A DNA stretch of 64,000 nucleotides, from NCBI RefSeq assembly GCF_001677475.2, contig NZ_CP015229.1, one strand, 5' to 3'. The translations under genes and the position numbers were made by a program. The notes beneath the pieces are model-generated. The model ran no database searches, was not told the origin of the DNA, and saw only the letters and a program-made list of their open reading frames with translations. This DNA is from Escherichia coli (lineage in GTDB: Bacteria > Pseudomonadota > Gammaproteobacteria > Enterobacterales > Enterobacteriaceae). This document shows positions 1-11,141 of this stretch, piece after piece (within the stretch, counting starts at the first letter, position 1; the number at the start of each line of letters is the position of its first letter).

Positions 1-23
1 GCATCGTTAAAGGAACACGCCTG

Positions 24-647
24 ATGACGCCGTGGCTACTCTTTGGCGCAGGCGGAAAAGGTGTGGGTGCCAGAACGCTTGAACTGGCGCTGGCGGAACA
101 ACGTCCGGTCGTTGCTGTCATTCGTCATGCCGATGCCGCCACGAAACTGACGCAACAAGGCGTACAGGTTTTTACAGGCGACGCCTGTGATGCCAGCGTA
201 GTAGCGGCTGCTTGCCGCGCAGCTGGCCCGGATGCGCTTATCATCTCAACAATGGGAGGAGCTCAGGATTATCTGGCGCACAGAACAGTGATTGATGAGG
301 CCGAAAAGGCCGGCATCAGTCGCATGATTCTGGTGACCTCTTTGGGATGCGGCGATAGCTGGCCGTTTTTATCGGAGCGGGCAAAGGCTGCGTTTGGTCA
401 GGCGGTACGGGAAAAAACGCTGGCGGAAAGCTGGTTGCAAACCAGCCAGCTTGATTACGCCATTCTCCGCCCTGGCGGTCTGCTTGATGGGGCGGCAACG
501 GGCAAAGCACAACGGATACAAAATCAGGAGTGTCATGGTTTTGTTCACCGTGCCGATGTCGCCGCACATATCCATAAACTGGCAAATGCGCCAGCACTTA
601 ACCAGCAGGTCTACAGTCTGATTGAACCGGACCTGAAACCGGCGTGA
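24..647 (+). CDS. chuY: NAD(P)-binding reductase of the heme-utilisation cluster (ChuY-like), 207 aa
   Basis: Glycine-rich N-terminal motif (GAGGKGVG); size and position immediately upstream of a heme ABC permease/ATPase pair match the chuY-chuU-chuV arrangement. Assignment by synteny and recall, not alignment. Confidence 0.7.
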   Translation: MTPWLLFGAGGKGVGARTLELALAEQRPVVAVIRHADAATKLTQQGVQVFTGDACDASVVAAACRAAGPDALIISTMGGAQDYLAHRTVIDEAEKAGISRMILVTSLGCGDSWPFLSERAKAAFGQAVREKTLAESWLQTSQLDYAILRPGGLLDGAATGKAQRIQNQECHGFVHRADVAAHIHKLANAPALNQQVYSLIEPDLKPA

Positions 648-695
648 TCCCCCGGCGCGGCATGTCCGCGCCGTAATGTCGTAACGGAGTTTTGC

Positions 696-1688
696 GTGCT
701 CAAGGATTCACTCTCTTCCGCCAGGATCTTTATGGGGCTATCACTATTATTGCTAGCTCTGATGCTGTTCGGTGCCAGTCAGGGAGCGTTAAAGATCAGT
801 TTTGATGCCCTTTTTGATGAGGAATACCGCGATATCTGGCTCAATATTCGTCTACCACGGGTTTTGCTGGCGGTGCTGGTAGGTGCAGCGTTGGCAACCG
901 CAGGGGTAATTATGCAGGGGCTTTTTCGCAACCCAATGGCTGACCCTGGATTACTCGGCGTCAGTAGCGGTTCTGCATTAATGGTTGGCGTTGCTATTGT
1001 GCTGCCCTTCTCCTTCCCAGTGGTGCTGGTGCTCTATGAGCAAATGATGTTTGCCATTGCCGGAAGTTTAGTGGTCTGCACCATCATTTTTCTCATCACG
1101 CAGCGCCATCGCGATGGCAGCATGATGCAATTGTTACTCGCCGGTATCGCCATCAATGCCCTGTGCGGCGCAGCGATCGGCATCCTGAGCTATATCGGCG
1201 ATGAGCAGCAGCTACGACAACTCACATTGTGGATGATGGGCAATCTTGGACAGGCGCAATGGCCGACGTTATTGGTTGCCAGTTCATTCATCCTACCGGC
1301 CATTATCGCAACAACTTGTCTCGCCGGAACGCTGAATTTACTGCAGCTCGGTGATGAAGAAGCCCACTACCTCGGCGTGAACGTTAAGCGTAAACGCCAG
1401 CAATTACTGTTAGTGAGCTCACTGCTCGTTGGTGCTGCCGTATCGGTAAGCGGCATTATCGGCTTTATTGGCCTGGTGATCCCGCATCTGATTCGCATGA
1501 CTACCGGGGCAAATCACCGCTGGCTAATCCCTTGTTCCGCCCTCGCCGGAGCCTGTTTATTGCTGATGGCAGACACGCTTGCCCGCACGCTGGTACAGCC
1601 AGCAGAAATGCCCGTGGGATTATTAACCAGCCTGCTTGGTGGCCCTTATTTTATGTGGTTGATTCTGCGCAACCGGAGGATCACATGA
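696..1688 (+). CDS. chuU: Heme/iron-siderophore ABC transporter permease (FecCD family), 330 aa
   Basis: Polytopic hydrophobic protein with FecCD-type sequence; GTG start preceded by AACGGAG ribosome-binding site; stop overlaps the ATG of the next gene (ATGA). Confidence 0.85.
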   Translation: MLKDSLSSARIFMGLSLLLLALMLFGASQGALKISFDALFDEEYRDIWLNIRLPRVLLAVLVGAALATAGVIMQGLFRNPMADPGLLGVSSGSALMVGVAIVLPFSFPVVLVLYEQMMFAIAGSLVVCTIIFLITQRHRDGSMMQLLLAGIAINALCGAAIGILSYIGDEQQLRQLTLWMMGNLGQAQWPTLLVASSFILPAIIATTCLAGTLNLLQLGDEEAHYLGVNVKRKRQQLLLVSSLLVGAAVSVSGIIGFIGLVIPHLIRMTTGANHRWLIPCSALAGACLLLMADTLARTLVQPAEMPVGLLTSLLGGPYFMWLILRNRRIT

Positions 1689-2455
1689 TCAGCGCCCAGA
1701 ATCTGGTTTATAGCCTTCAGGGGCGGCGTCTGACTGACAATGTCTCGCTGACTTTTCCCGGTGGGGAAATTGTTGCCATTCTCGGCCCTAATGGTGCGGG
1801 AAAATCTACGCTGCTTCGCCAGTTAACCGGCTATCTTCAACCTGATAGCGGCGAATGTCGGTTGTTTAATAAGCCATTAAATGAATGGTCGATTACTGAA
1901 CTGGCGAAACACCGGGCCGTGATGCGTCAAAATAGCCACATGGCGTTTCCATTCAGCGTACAAGAAGTTATCCAGATGGGGCGGCATCCGCATCGTACTG
2001 GTAATCAGGATAATGAAACAGCACAAATAATGGCGTTATGTGACTGTCAGGCGTTAGCAAACCGCGACTATCGGCAATTATCCGGTGGTGAACAACAGCG
2101 CGTGCAATTAGCGCGCCTGCTGGTGCAACTCTGGGAACCTACTCCCTCACCGAAATGGTTATTTCTTGATGAACCAACTTCGGCGCTGGATATTCACCAT
2201 CAGCAGCACTTGTTCCGTTTATTACGCCAGTTAGTTCACGAACGGCAGTTCAATGTTTGCTGCGTATTGCACGATCTAAATCTTGCCGCACGTTATGCAG
2301 ACCGTATTGTATTAATGCAAAAAGGAAAGGTTATCGCAAATGGTAAACCGCAGGATGTATTGACACAGCAGGCGCTGACAATGCTCTACGGCGCGGATAT
2401 TACCGTACTTAAAGATCCTGCCAACCATTCACCACTGATCGTCCTCGATCATTAA
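1685..2455 (+). CDS. chuV: Heme ABC transporter ATP-binding protein, 256 aa
   Basis: Walker A (GPNGAGKST), ABC signature (LSGGEQQR), Walker B (LFLDEP); start trimmed from the ORF-track 1532 to the ATG at 1685 that overlaps the chuU stop. Confidence 0.85.
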   Translation: MISAQNLVYSLQGRRLTDNVSLTFPGGEIVAILGPNGAGKSTLLRQLTGYLQPDSGECRLFNKPLNEWSITELAKHRAVMRQNSHMAFPFSVQEVIQMGRHPHRTGNQDNETAQIMALCDCQALANRDYRQLSGGEQQRVQLARLLVQLWEPTPSPKWLFLDEPTSALDIHHQQHLFRLLRQLVHERQFNVCCVLHDLNLAARYADRIVLMQKGKVIANGKPQDVLTQQALTMLYGADITVLKDPANHSPLIVLDH

Positions 2456-2461
2456 AAGCAA

Positions 2462-2486
2462 CAGGAGTACCGCACTGGTACTCCTG
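2462..2486. terminator. GC-rich hairpin between convergent chuV and yhiD (caggagtac-cgcac-tggtactcctg)
   Basis: Perfect 9-bp inverted repeat seen directly in the sequence; flanking U-run is weak, so intrinsic-terminator function is inferred. Confidence 0.4.
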
Positions 2487-2506
2487 CGAATAAATAACTA
2501 TACAGA

Positions 2507-3154
2507 TTAGCTAATTGAAACGCCTTTCACCCCTGCCATACCTTTTAATAATCGCAACAGATCTTCTATCGACGTTGTGGCATGAAGCTGGATATCAATG
2601 GCGACCACTTCATGATCTTCATTTTCCTGCAACGAAACTAAATCAGTTTTTATTTTTTGCTGCTTAAACCAGTCGAGCATTGATACCGTATTACCGTTCA
2701 CTAATGTCAGCTGTAAATGGTAATTTTTGTTCATCAGGCGGAAGGTTAATTGATGGAAGACTTCCAGCACCAGTAAGGTCATCACTGAACCATAAATGCC
2801 CAGTTCGTACATACCGCTGCCAATAACCATACCAATGGCGGCGGTCACCCAGATATCCGCTGCCGTCGTCAGACCTACAATATTTTGGTTACGAACGAGA
2901 ATGTTACCTGCACCGATAAACCCGACGCCCGTCACCACCTGAGCAGCAATACGGCTGGGGTCCAGTCCGACGTGATCTAAAGACAGCACGTCAGCAAAAC
3001 CATATTTCGAAACAATCATAAACAGGGCGCTTCCCATGCCAATTAATACATGTGTGCGTAACCCTGCTCCTTTGCCGCGCATTTGCCTTTCCATGCCAAT
3101 AGCGCCACAGGCAATTGCCGCGAGTATAAGACGTATAATAAATTCTGCTGTCAT
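2507..3154 (-). CDS. yhiD: MgtC-family inner membrane protein YhiD, 215 aa
   Basis: Protein begins MTAEFIIRLILAAIACGAIGMERQ; start trimmed to that ATG (cat at 3152-3154 on +). Confidence 0.9.
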   Translation of the reverse strand: MTAEFIIRLILAAIACGAIGMERQMRGKGAGLRTHVLIGMGSALFMIVSKYGFADVLSLDHVGLDPSRIAAQVVTGVGFIGAGNILVRNQNIVGLTTAADIWVTAAIGMVIGSGMYELGIYGSVMTLLVLEVFHQLTFRLMNKNYHLQLTLVNGNTVSMLDWFKQQKIKTDLVSLQENEDHEVVAIDIQLHATTSIEDLLRLLKGMAGVKGVSIS

Positions 3155-3217
3155 ATAAAAATGCAAAAAGGAGCAGCAAGATGGCTCAACTTGCTACTCC
3201 TTTTTACTTGTACCTCA

Positions 3218-3544
3218 TTAATTCGGCAAGTCATTAGATGCTTGATTTTTGAAGGTATACAAATTTTTCTGCGGGTTTTTCTTGCAGTATTCGATCACTT
3301 TAGGAATTTGAGTGAGATCGGTTTCATTTAAAGTAACGGTATCGCCACCTTTATATACTGTTTCTTCATGCAGCATCCACCATGCAACCGGTGTCATTGC
3401 TTTTGGATTCAGATCAATAAATTCCTGGCAGGTCATATCTTTAGCGGATTCATTGGCTGCCAGCGCAGATTGTGCGTTCACCAGTGACAAAGCCGCTACA
3501 GCGCCCATAAAAATAAACGCTTTACGGAGAGATGAAATGTTCAT
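3218..3544 (-). CDS. hdeB: Periplasmic acid-stress chaperone HdeB, 108 aa
   Basis: Protein MNISSLRKAFIFMGAVAALSLVNAQSALA... recognised as HdeB; sits upstream-adjacent to hdeA on the same strand. Confidence 0.95.
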   Translation of the reverse strand: MNISSLRKAFIFMGAVAALSLVNAQSALAANESAKDMTCQEFIDLNPKAMTPVAWWMLHEETVYKGGDTVTLNETDLTQIPKVIEYCKKNPQKNLYTFKNQASNDLPN

Positions 3545-3659
3545 TTTGTAACCCATTCAATATAGAGATTATATACAAACAGGAGGAATAGCTGCTTTTA
3601 AAGAAGATATTCCGGCCTGTTCAATATGCAAGGAAATACAATGTAACGCATTCCCGGTA

Positions 3660-3992
3660 TTACATATCTTTCTTAATTTTGTCCCATTCGCCTTTAACTT
3701 TATCTTTAAAGCTGGCTTTTTTATCCTGAGTACAAGCCTGAACGATAGCTGGGGTTACGGTTGCAATACCCTGAACATCTAAAACCGCATCTTCTGGTTT
3801 ATCTTTGTTGTTCAGTGCTTCAGCAAAACCAACTGCAGTTGGCTGGAAGGATTCGTCCACAGCCAGGAAATCTTCACAGGTCCAGGAGTTGACCGGTTTT
3901 TTGTTATCAGCTGCTTTTTGTGCATCCGCTGCATTGCTCACTACTGGCAGAAGAAGCAGACCACCAAGAATAACGCCTAATACTTTTTTCAT
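3660..3992 (-). CDS. hdeA: Periplasmic acid-stress chaperone HdeA, 110 aa
   Basis: Protein MKKVLGVILGGLLLLPVVSNAADAQKAADNKKPVNSWTCEDFLAVDESFQP... recognised as HdeA. Confidence 0.95.
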   Translation of the reverse strand: MKKVLGVILGGLLLLPVVSNAADAQKAADNKKPVNSWTCEDFLAVDESFQPTAVGFAEALNNKDKPEDAVLDVQGIATVTPAIVQACTQDKKASFKDKVKGEWDKIKKDM

Positions 3993-4246
3993 CGTAATAT
4001 CCTCAACTATAAAGTGAAAGAGCCGTCACGAATCAATTTCGACACTGAGGTTATAACCTGGTTTTCTGTATATGTCATGTTGATGGAAAATATCAAAATC
4101 AGATATTTTTATTTCAATACAATGAGTTACAGATACATCAGATACTGTAATTAGGAAATTTTTATTAAATCGCCTGCATTCTTAGACGCGTTTTTGGCAT
4201 AGATTGATAGCAGGGGATTTTCTTCTTAATTTTATAGGGTGGTTCT

Positions 4247-4819
4247 ATGTTATATATAGATAAGGCAACAATTTTGAAGTTTGATCTGGAGATGCTGAAA
4301 AAGCATCGCAGAGCAATCCAGTTTATTGCCGTGCTACTGTTTATCGTCGGGTTGCTGTGTATCAGTTTCCCGTTCGTCTCTGGCGATATTTTAAGCACAG
4401 TAGTGGGTGCATTATTAATCTGCTCGGGCATTGCGCTTATTGTCGGGTTATTCAGCAACCGCAGTCATAATTTCTGGCCGGTATTATCCGGTTTCCTCGT
4501 CGCAGTCGCCTATTTATTGATCGGCTATTTCTTCATCCGCGCACCGGAGCTGGGCATTTTTGCCATTGCGGCATTTATTGCCGGTTTGTTCTGTGTTGCA
4601 GGGGTTATTCGCCTGATGAGTTGGTATCGTCAGCGTTCAATGAAAGGCAGCTGGCTACAGCTCGTTATTGGTGTGCTGGATATCGTCATTGCCTGGATAT
4701 TCCTTGGTGCAACGCCGATGGTGTCTGTAACTTTGGTTTCCACACTGGTGGGTATTGAACTGATATTTAGCGCCGCCAGCCTGTTCAGCTTCGCCAGTTT
4801 GTTCGTTAAGCAGCAATAA
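4247..4819 (+). CDS. hdeD: Acid-resistance inner membrane protein HdeD, 190 aa
   Basis: Hydrophobic 190-aa protein divergent from hdeAB; conserved position in the acid fitness island. Confidence 0.95.
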   Translation: MLYIDKATILKFDLEMLKKHRRAIQFIAVLLFIVGLLCISFPFVSGDILSTVVGALLICSGIALIVGLFSNRSHNFWPVLSGFLVAVAYLLIGYFFIRAPELGIFAIAAFIAGLFCVAGVIRLMSWYRQRSMKGSWLQLVIGVLDIVIAWIFLGATPMVSVTLVSTLVGIELIFSAASLFSFASLFVKQQ

Positions 4820-4837
4820 TTATCCCAGTTATCACCC

Positions 4838-4869
4838 GGATCATAGTCACTTGATGTGACTATGATCCG
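4838..4869 (+). terminator. Hairpin downstream of hdeD (cggatcatagtcac-ttga-gtgactatgatccg)
   Basis: 14-bp inverted repeat starting 19 bp after the hdeD stop; seen in sequence. Confidence 0.45.
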
Positions 4870-5235
4870 ATTAATACTCTCTCCACTACACAGCGTTGTA
4901 GATCAATTGCGCACTATCATTGAAATAATTACCTGCTGATGATTATTTCAACCTACTGAATTTCATCTGATTTTTTTCACTCCATGGCAAATTAGCCATT
5001 TCAAACATTATCATGGCTGATATTTTCCGTAGTCAGGTTTAATGTTTTAAAAGTGCTGTGGGAAAGTGAACAAAGAGTTCCGTAAGCGTTGATGCTATGG
5101 GCGGTTAAATAAGTAATCCGGGTTCATTTTTTTGCAACAGGCGTTGATTACATTGCATAAATATCCGTGTCTCCAGACGCTATATAAAAACCTGAAGACA
5201 TGAATGAGTTATTTACTCAGGTAATTTCAATGCGT

Positions 5236-5305
5236 TAAAAGAAAGCTGGCAATCCAATTGCCAGCTTAAGTCGAAACAAGGAGACTCGATATTTAAATCG
5301 GATTA
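5236..5305 (-). ncRNA. arrS: Candidate antisense sRNA in the gadE upstream region (ArrS-like); coordinates approximate
   Basis: Minus-strand intrinsic-terminator signature: perfect hairpin agctggcaat-cc-attgccagct (5244-5266) followed on the minus strand by a U-rich tract; an antisense sRNA is known in the gadE leader. The 5' end is not determined. Confidence 0.35.
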
Positions 5306-5617
5306 CATTTTAACTTTAGTAATATTCTTCAGAGATCACAAACTGGTTATTGATAACTTATTCTTGGGCAGTAATCCGCAAACGTTAACTTTTTGTTTAC
5401 TATTTACAAACTGATAACAACCAGGAATCTTACTTAGGATCAATATATGGAGTGCGTGATGGAGAAATCTGAAGTATTGATTAGTGTTAATAGACGTATT
5501 AGTTCACGAAGGGCAAAGTTCTTATAGGCGTTTACTATATTGAACAACGATTCGGACAAGGATGTAAATAATGAAAAGGATGACATGTTCGAAACGATAA
5601 CGGCTAAGGAGCAAGTT

Positions 5618-6145
5618 ATGATTTTTCTCATGACGAAAGATTCTTTTCTTTTACAGGGCTTTTGGCAGTTGAAAGATAATCACGAAATGATAAAAATCAA
5701 TTCCCTGTCAGAGATCAAAAAAGTAGGCAATAAACCCTTCAAGGTTATCATTGATACCTATCACAATCATATCCTTGATGAAGAAGCGATTAAATTTCTG
5801 GAGAAATTAGATGCCGAGAGAATTATTGTTTTGGCACCTTATCACATCAGTAAACTAAAAGCTAAAGCGCCTATTTATTTTGTCAGCCGCAAAGAAAGCA
5901 TCAAAAATCTTCTTGAGATTACTTATGGTAAACACTTGCCCCATAAGAATTCACAATTATGTTTTTCACATAATCAGTTCAAAATTATGCAACTGATTCT
6001 GAAAAATAAAAATGAAAGCAATATCACGTCGACGCTCAATATTTCGCAACAAACATTAAAGATTCAGAAATTCAACATTATGTACAAGCTGAAACTAAGA
6101 CGTATGAGCGACATCGTCACCCTGGGTATCACATCTTATTTTTAG
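5618..6145 (+). CDS. gadE: LuxR-family acid-resistance activator GadE, 175 aa
   Basis: Protein MIFLMTKDSFLLQGFWQLKDNHEM...; ATG at 5618 preceded by AAGGAG; the ORF-track start at 5540 is an upstream extension. Confidence 0.95.
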   Translation: MIFLMTKDSFLLQGFWQLKDNHEMIKINSLSEIKKVGNKPFKVIIDTYHNHILDEEAIKFLEKLDAERIIVLAPYHISKLKAKAPIYFVSRKESIKNLLEITYGKHLPHKNSQLCFSHNQFKIMQLILKNKNESNITSTLNISQQTLKIQKFNIMYKLKLRRMSDIVTLGITSYF

Positions 6146-6483
6146 TCAGGACATAAGCAACTGAAATTGATGGCTGGCATGACGAGGGATGCAGATGCTG
6201 ATTTCATTACCCCCGGTGATTACTAAAGGAGAGGTTAAAACGACTTTATTCCCCTGGTATGTGTATCCACCAGTAGAACCCTTCGTTGCCCGAATGCTGG
6301 CAGGAACTGTTGGCAGAACGGCAACATTTTTTTTGTCGTTGACCTCACCATGTCGATCACTATGCCTGTATCCCACCTTACTGGCTGACAACCCCACTAT
6401 GCCGCTGGTCTGTAAATCCCTCATATCTCTCCTCGCGCGCAATTTAAAGAACCGTTATTTCTCAAGAATTTTCAGGGACTAAA

Positions 6484-7641
6484 ATGAACAGAAGAAGAAA
6501 GCTGTTAATACCGTTGTTATTCTGCGGCGCGATGCTCACCGCCTGCGATGACAAATCGGCGGAAAACGCCGCCGCCATGACGCCTGAGGTCGGTGTCGTC
6601 ACACTCTCCCCCGGTTCGGTCAATGTATTGAGCGAATTGCCCGGTAGAACCGTTCCTTATGAAGTTGCCGAGATACGTCCCCAGGTGGGCGGTATTATCA
6701 TTAAACGCAACTTTATCGAAGGCGATAAAGTGAACCAGGGCGATTCGCTGTATCAGATTGATCCTGCACCTTTACAGGCCGAGCTGAACTCCGCCAAAGG
6801 CACGCTGGCGAAAGCGCTCTCTACCGCCAGCAATGCCCGCATCACCTTTAACCGCCAGGCATCGTTGCTGAAGACCAACTACGTTAGCCGTCAGGATTAC
6901 GACACCGCGCGCACCCAGTTGAATGAAGCAGAAGCCAATGTCACCGTCGCCAAAGCGGCTGTTGAACAGGCGACTATCAACCTGCAATACGCAAATGTCA
7001 CCTCGCCGATTACGGGCGTCAGCGGGAAATCGTCGGTGACCGTCGGCGCACTCGTTACCGCTAATCAGGCAGATTCGCTGGTTACCGTACAACGTCTGGA
7101 CCCGATTTATGTCGATCTCACGCAGTCGGTGCAGGATTTCTTGCGCATGAAAGAAGAGGTCGCCAGTGGGCAAATCAAACAGGTTCAGGGCAGTACGCCA
7201 GTACAGCTCAATCTGGAAAATGGTAAACGTTACAGCCAGACCGGCACGCTGAAATTCTCCGACCCAACGGTAGATGAAACCACGGGCTCCGTGACGTTAC
7301 GGGCGATTTTCCCCAACCCAAATGGTGACTTGCTGCCTGGCATGTATGTCACGGCATTAGTGGATGAAGGTAGCCGCCAGAATGTATTACTGGTGCCGCA
7401 GGAAGGCGTCACCCACAACGCCCAGGGTAAAGCAACGGCGCTCATTCTGGATAAAGACGATGTTGTGCAGCTACGCGAAATTGAAGCCAGCAAAGCCATC
7501 GGCGACCAGTGGGTCGTCACCTCTGGCTTGCAGGCTGGCGATCGGGTGATCGTTTCCGGTTTGCAACGCATTCGTCCGGGTATCAAAGCACGAGCAATTT
7601 CCTCCAGCCAGGAAAACGCCAGCACCGAATCGAAACAATAA
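6484..7641 (+). CDS. mdtE: RND efflux pump periplasmic adaptor (membrane fusion protein), 385 aa
   Basis: Lipoprotein signal (LTAC) followed by HlyD-like adaptor sequence; immediately upstream of the RND pump gene. Confidence 0.95.
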   Translation: MNRRRKLLIPLLFCGAMLTACDDKSAENAAAMTPEVGVVTLSPGSVNVLSELPGRTVPYEVAEIRPQVGGIIIKRNFIEGDKVNQGDSLYQIDPAPLQAELNSAKGTLAKALSTASNARITFNRQASLLKTNYVSRQDYDTARTQLNEAEANVTVAKAAVEQATINLQYANVTSPITGVSGKSSVTVGALVTANQADSLVTVQRLDPIYVDLTQSVQDFLRMKEEVASGQIKQVQGSTPVQLNLENGKRYSQTGTLKFSDPTVDETTGSVTLRAIFPNPNGDLLPGMYVTALVDEGSRQNVLLVPQEGVTHNAQGKATALILDKDDVVQLREIEASKAIGDQWVVTSGLQAGDRVIVSGLQRIRPGIKARAISSSQENASTESKQ

Positions 7642-7665
7642 CGTTGCAGGCTTAAGGGGACTTTC

Positions 7666-10600
7666 ATGGCTAACTATTTTATTGATCGCCCGGTTTTTGC
7701 CTGGGTACTTGCCATTATTATGATGCTTGCAGGCGGTCTGGCGATCATGAACTTACCGGTTGCGCAGTATCCGCAGATTGCGCCACCGACCATTACCGTC
7801 AGCGCTACCTATCCTGGTGCCGATGCGCAAACAGTAGAAGACTCGGTCACTCAGGTGATTGAGCAAAATATGAATGGGCTTGATGGCCTGATGTACATGT
7901 CTTCAACCAGTGATGCGGCGGGTAATGCCTCTATCACTCTGACCTTCGAGACTGGGACATCGCCTGATATCGCACAGGTTCAGGTGCAAAATAAACTGCA
8001 ACTCGCTATGCCTTCATTACCTGAAGCGGTGCAGCAGCAGGGGATTAGCGTCGATAAGTCGAGCAGTAATATCCTGATGGTAGCGGCGTTCATTTCTGAT
8101 AACGGCAGCCTCAACCAGTACGATATCGCCGACTATGTCGCGTCTAATATCAAAGACCCGCTAAGCCGTACCGCGGGCGTTGGTAGCGTACAACTCTTTG
8201 GTTCCGAGTATGCCATGCGTATCTGGCTGGACCCGCAAAAACTCAATAAATATAACCTGGTACCTTCCGATGTTATTTCCCAGATTAAGGTGCAAAACAA
8301 CCAGATTTCCGGTGGTCAACTGGGTGGCATGCCACAGGCGGCAGACCAGCAACTGAACGCCTCGATCATTGTGCAGACTCGTCTGCAAACGCCGGAAGAA
8401 TTTGGCAAAATCCTGTTGAAAGTTCAGCAAGATGGTTCGCAAGTGCTGCTGCGTGATGTCGCCCGCGTCGAACTTGGGGCGGAAGATTATTCCACCGTGG
8501 CGCGCTATAACGGCAAACCTGCTGCCGGGATCGCCATCAAACTGGCTGCCGGAGCGAACGCCCTGGATACCTCGCGGGCAGTCAAAGAGGAGCTGAACCG
8601 CTTATCAGCCTATTTCCCCGCAAGTCTGAAGACGGTTTATCCTTACGACACCACGCCGTTTATCGAAATTTCTATTCAGGAAGTTTTCAAAACACTGGTT
8701 GAGGCTATCATCCTCGTCTTCCTGGTCATGTATCTGTTTTTGCAGAATTTCCGTGCCACAATCATCCCGACAATTGCCGTACCGGTGGTTATTCTCGGGA
8801 CGTTTGCGATCTTGTCGGCGGTCGGTTTTACCATCAACACGTTGACTATGTTCGGGATGGTGCTGGCGATAGGGTTACTGGTGGATGACGCCATCGTGGT
8901 GGTGGAGAACGTCGAGCGTGTCATTGCGGAAGATAAGCTACCGCCGAAGGAAGCGACGCATAAATCGATGGGGCAGATCCAACGTGCGCTGGTCGGTATT
9001 GCCGTTGTTCTTTCTGCAGTGTTTATGCCGATGGCCTTTATGAGCGGTGCAACCGGGGAGATCTACCGCCAGTTTTCCATCACGCTGATCTCCTCCATGC
9101 TGCTTTCAGTATTTGTGGCAATGAGCCTGACCCCTGCCCTGTGCGCCACCATTCTGAAAGCCGCGCCGGAAGGCGGTCACAAACCTAACGCCCTGTTCGC
9201 ACGCTTCAACACGCTGTTTGAAAAATCAACTCAGCACTATACCGACAGCACCCGCTCGCTATTGCGTTGTACCGGTCGCTACATGGTGGTCTACCTCCTG
9301 ATTTGCGCCGGGATGGCGGTGCTGTTCCTGCGCACGCCGACCTCTTTCTTACCAGAAGAGGATCAGGGGGTATTTATGACCACCGCGCAGTTACCGTCCG
9401 GTGCCACCATGGTTAACACCACGAAAGTGCTGCAACAGGTGACAGATTATTATCTGACTAAAGAGAAAGATAATGTTCAGTCGGTGTTTACCGTTGGCGG
9501 CTTTGGCTTCAGCGGCCAAGGGCAAAACAACGGTCTGGCGTTTATCAGTCTCAAACCGTGGTCTGAACGTGTCGGTGAGGAAAACTCGGTTACCGCGATC
9601 ATTCAGCGGGCAATGATCGCGCTAAGCAGTATCAATAAAGCCGTCGTCTTCCCGTTCAACTTACCCGCGGTGGCTGAACTGGGTACCGCGTCAGGTTTTG
9701 ATATGGAACTGCTGGACAACGGTAACCTGGGGCACGAAAAACTAACCCAGGCGCGAAACGAGCTGTTATCACTGGCAGCGCAATCACCGAATCAGGTCAC
9801 CGGGGTACGCCCGAACGGCCTGGAAGATACGCCGATGTTCAAAGTGAACGTCAACGCCGCGAAAGCTGAGGCAATGGGTGTGGCGCTGTCTGATATCAAC
9901 CAGACAATTTCCACCGCCTTCGGCAGCAGCTACGTGAACGACTTCCTCAACCAGGGGCGGGTGAAAAAAGTGTATGTCCAGGCAGGCACGCCGTTCCGTA
10001 TGTTGCCGGATAACATCAACCAGTGGTATGTACGCAACGCCTCTGGCACGATGGCACCGCTTTCGGCCTATTCGTCTACCGAATGGACCTATGGTTCACC
10101 GCGACTGGAACGCTACAACGGCATCCCGTCAATGGAGATTTTAGGTGAAGCGGCTGCCGGGAAAAGTACCGGTGACGCCATGAAATTTATGGCAGACCTG
10201 GTCGCTAAACTTCCGGCAGGCGTCGGCTACTCATGGACCGGACTGTCGTATCAGGAAGCGTTATCCTCAAACCAGGCTCCCGCGCTGTATGCCATTTCAC
10301 TGGTCGTGGTGTTCCTCGCCCTCGCCGCACTTTATGAGAGCTGGTCAATTCCGTTCTCGGTGATGTTGGTTGTACCGTTAGGCGTCGTTGGCGCATTACT
10401 GGCCACCGATCTACGTGGCTTAAGTAATGACGTCTACTTCCAGGTTGGTTTGCTGACCACCATCGGGCTTTCCGCCAAGAACGCCATCCTGATTGTCGAA
10501 TTTGCCGTTGAGATGATGCAGAAAGAAGGGAAAACGCCGATAGAGGCGATCATCGAAGCGGCGCGAATGCGTTTACGCCCAATCCTGATGACCTCTCTGG

Positions 10601-10779
10601 CCTTTATTCTCGGCGTGCTGCCGCTGGTAATCAGTCATGGTGCCGGTTCCGGCGCGCAAAACGCGGTAGGTACCGGCGTGATGGGCGGGATGTTTGCCGC
10701 AACAGTGCTGGCCATTTACTTCGTTCCAGTCTTTTTCGTTGTAGTGGAACATCTCTTTGCCCGCTTTAAAAAAGCGTAA
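7666..10779 (+). CDS. mdtF: RND multidrug efflux transporter (AcrB family), 1037 aa
   Basis: Protein [41 protein letters not shown]... is a typical AcrB-family N-terminus; length 1037 aa. Confidence 0.95.
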
Positions 10780-10792
10780 CGTGTAAATGAGA

Positions 10793-10830
10793 GTAAGGTT
10801 GAACGTGAGGGTTCAGCCTTACTCTTTCCT
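10793..10830 (+). terminator. Intrinsic terminator of mdtF (gtaaggttgaac-gtgag-ggttcagccttac then TCTTTCC)
   Basis: Inverted repeat with one mismatch, 14 bp after the mdtF stop, followed by a T-rich run. Confidence 0.55.
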
Positions 10831-11141
10831 GCTAACCATTCACCACTCAACAACCAGCTAACCGTCAGGAATACCAGGCTTAGTACACAGCACTGAAAGT
10901 AAAAACCACTCCAGCCATTCGTCATCAATTTGAACAGCACAATACTGACCCACATTCCCGTAATCGTATGAATTGTCAGCTTAATAATCCCAAACATGCC
11001 GAGTCTTTTCCTCCTGAAAATACCTGTACCGCCTGGCAAACTGCGAAAGAGAACTAGCCGGTAGCCCGGCAGAAATCATCAGGGAAGAGTTTCACATGAA
11101 GCACGTGTGAGATCCTGACCAATATTCAAATGCGAAATATG

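Noticed and set aside
5440-5631. 63-aa minus-strand ORF overlapping the gadE start
   Set aside because: AT-rich regulatory DNA in the gadE leader; the frame overlaps the gadE ribosome-binding site and start codon on the opposite strand, with no signals of its own.
10716-11039. 107-aa minus-strand ORF with a hydrophobic core between mdtF and gadW
   Set aside because: Its track start is a TTG; an internal ATG (10994-10996) has an AGGAGG 11 nt upstream, but the frame runs through the mdtF terminator hairpin and 64 bp antisense into the mdtF 3' end, and I know of no gene annotated here. Most likely spurious; only ribosome profiling could rescue it.
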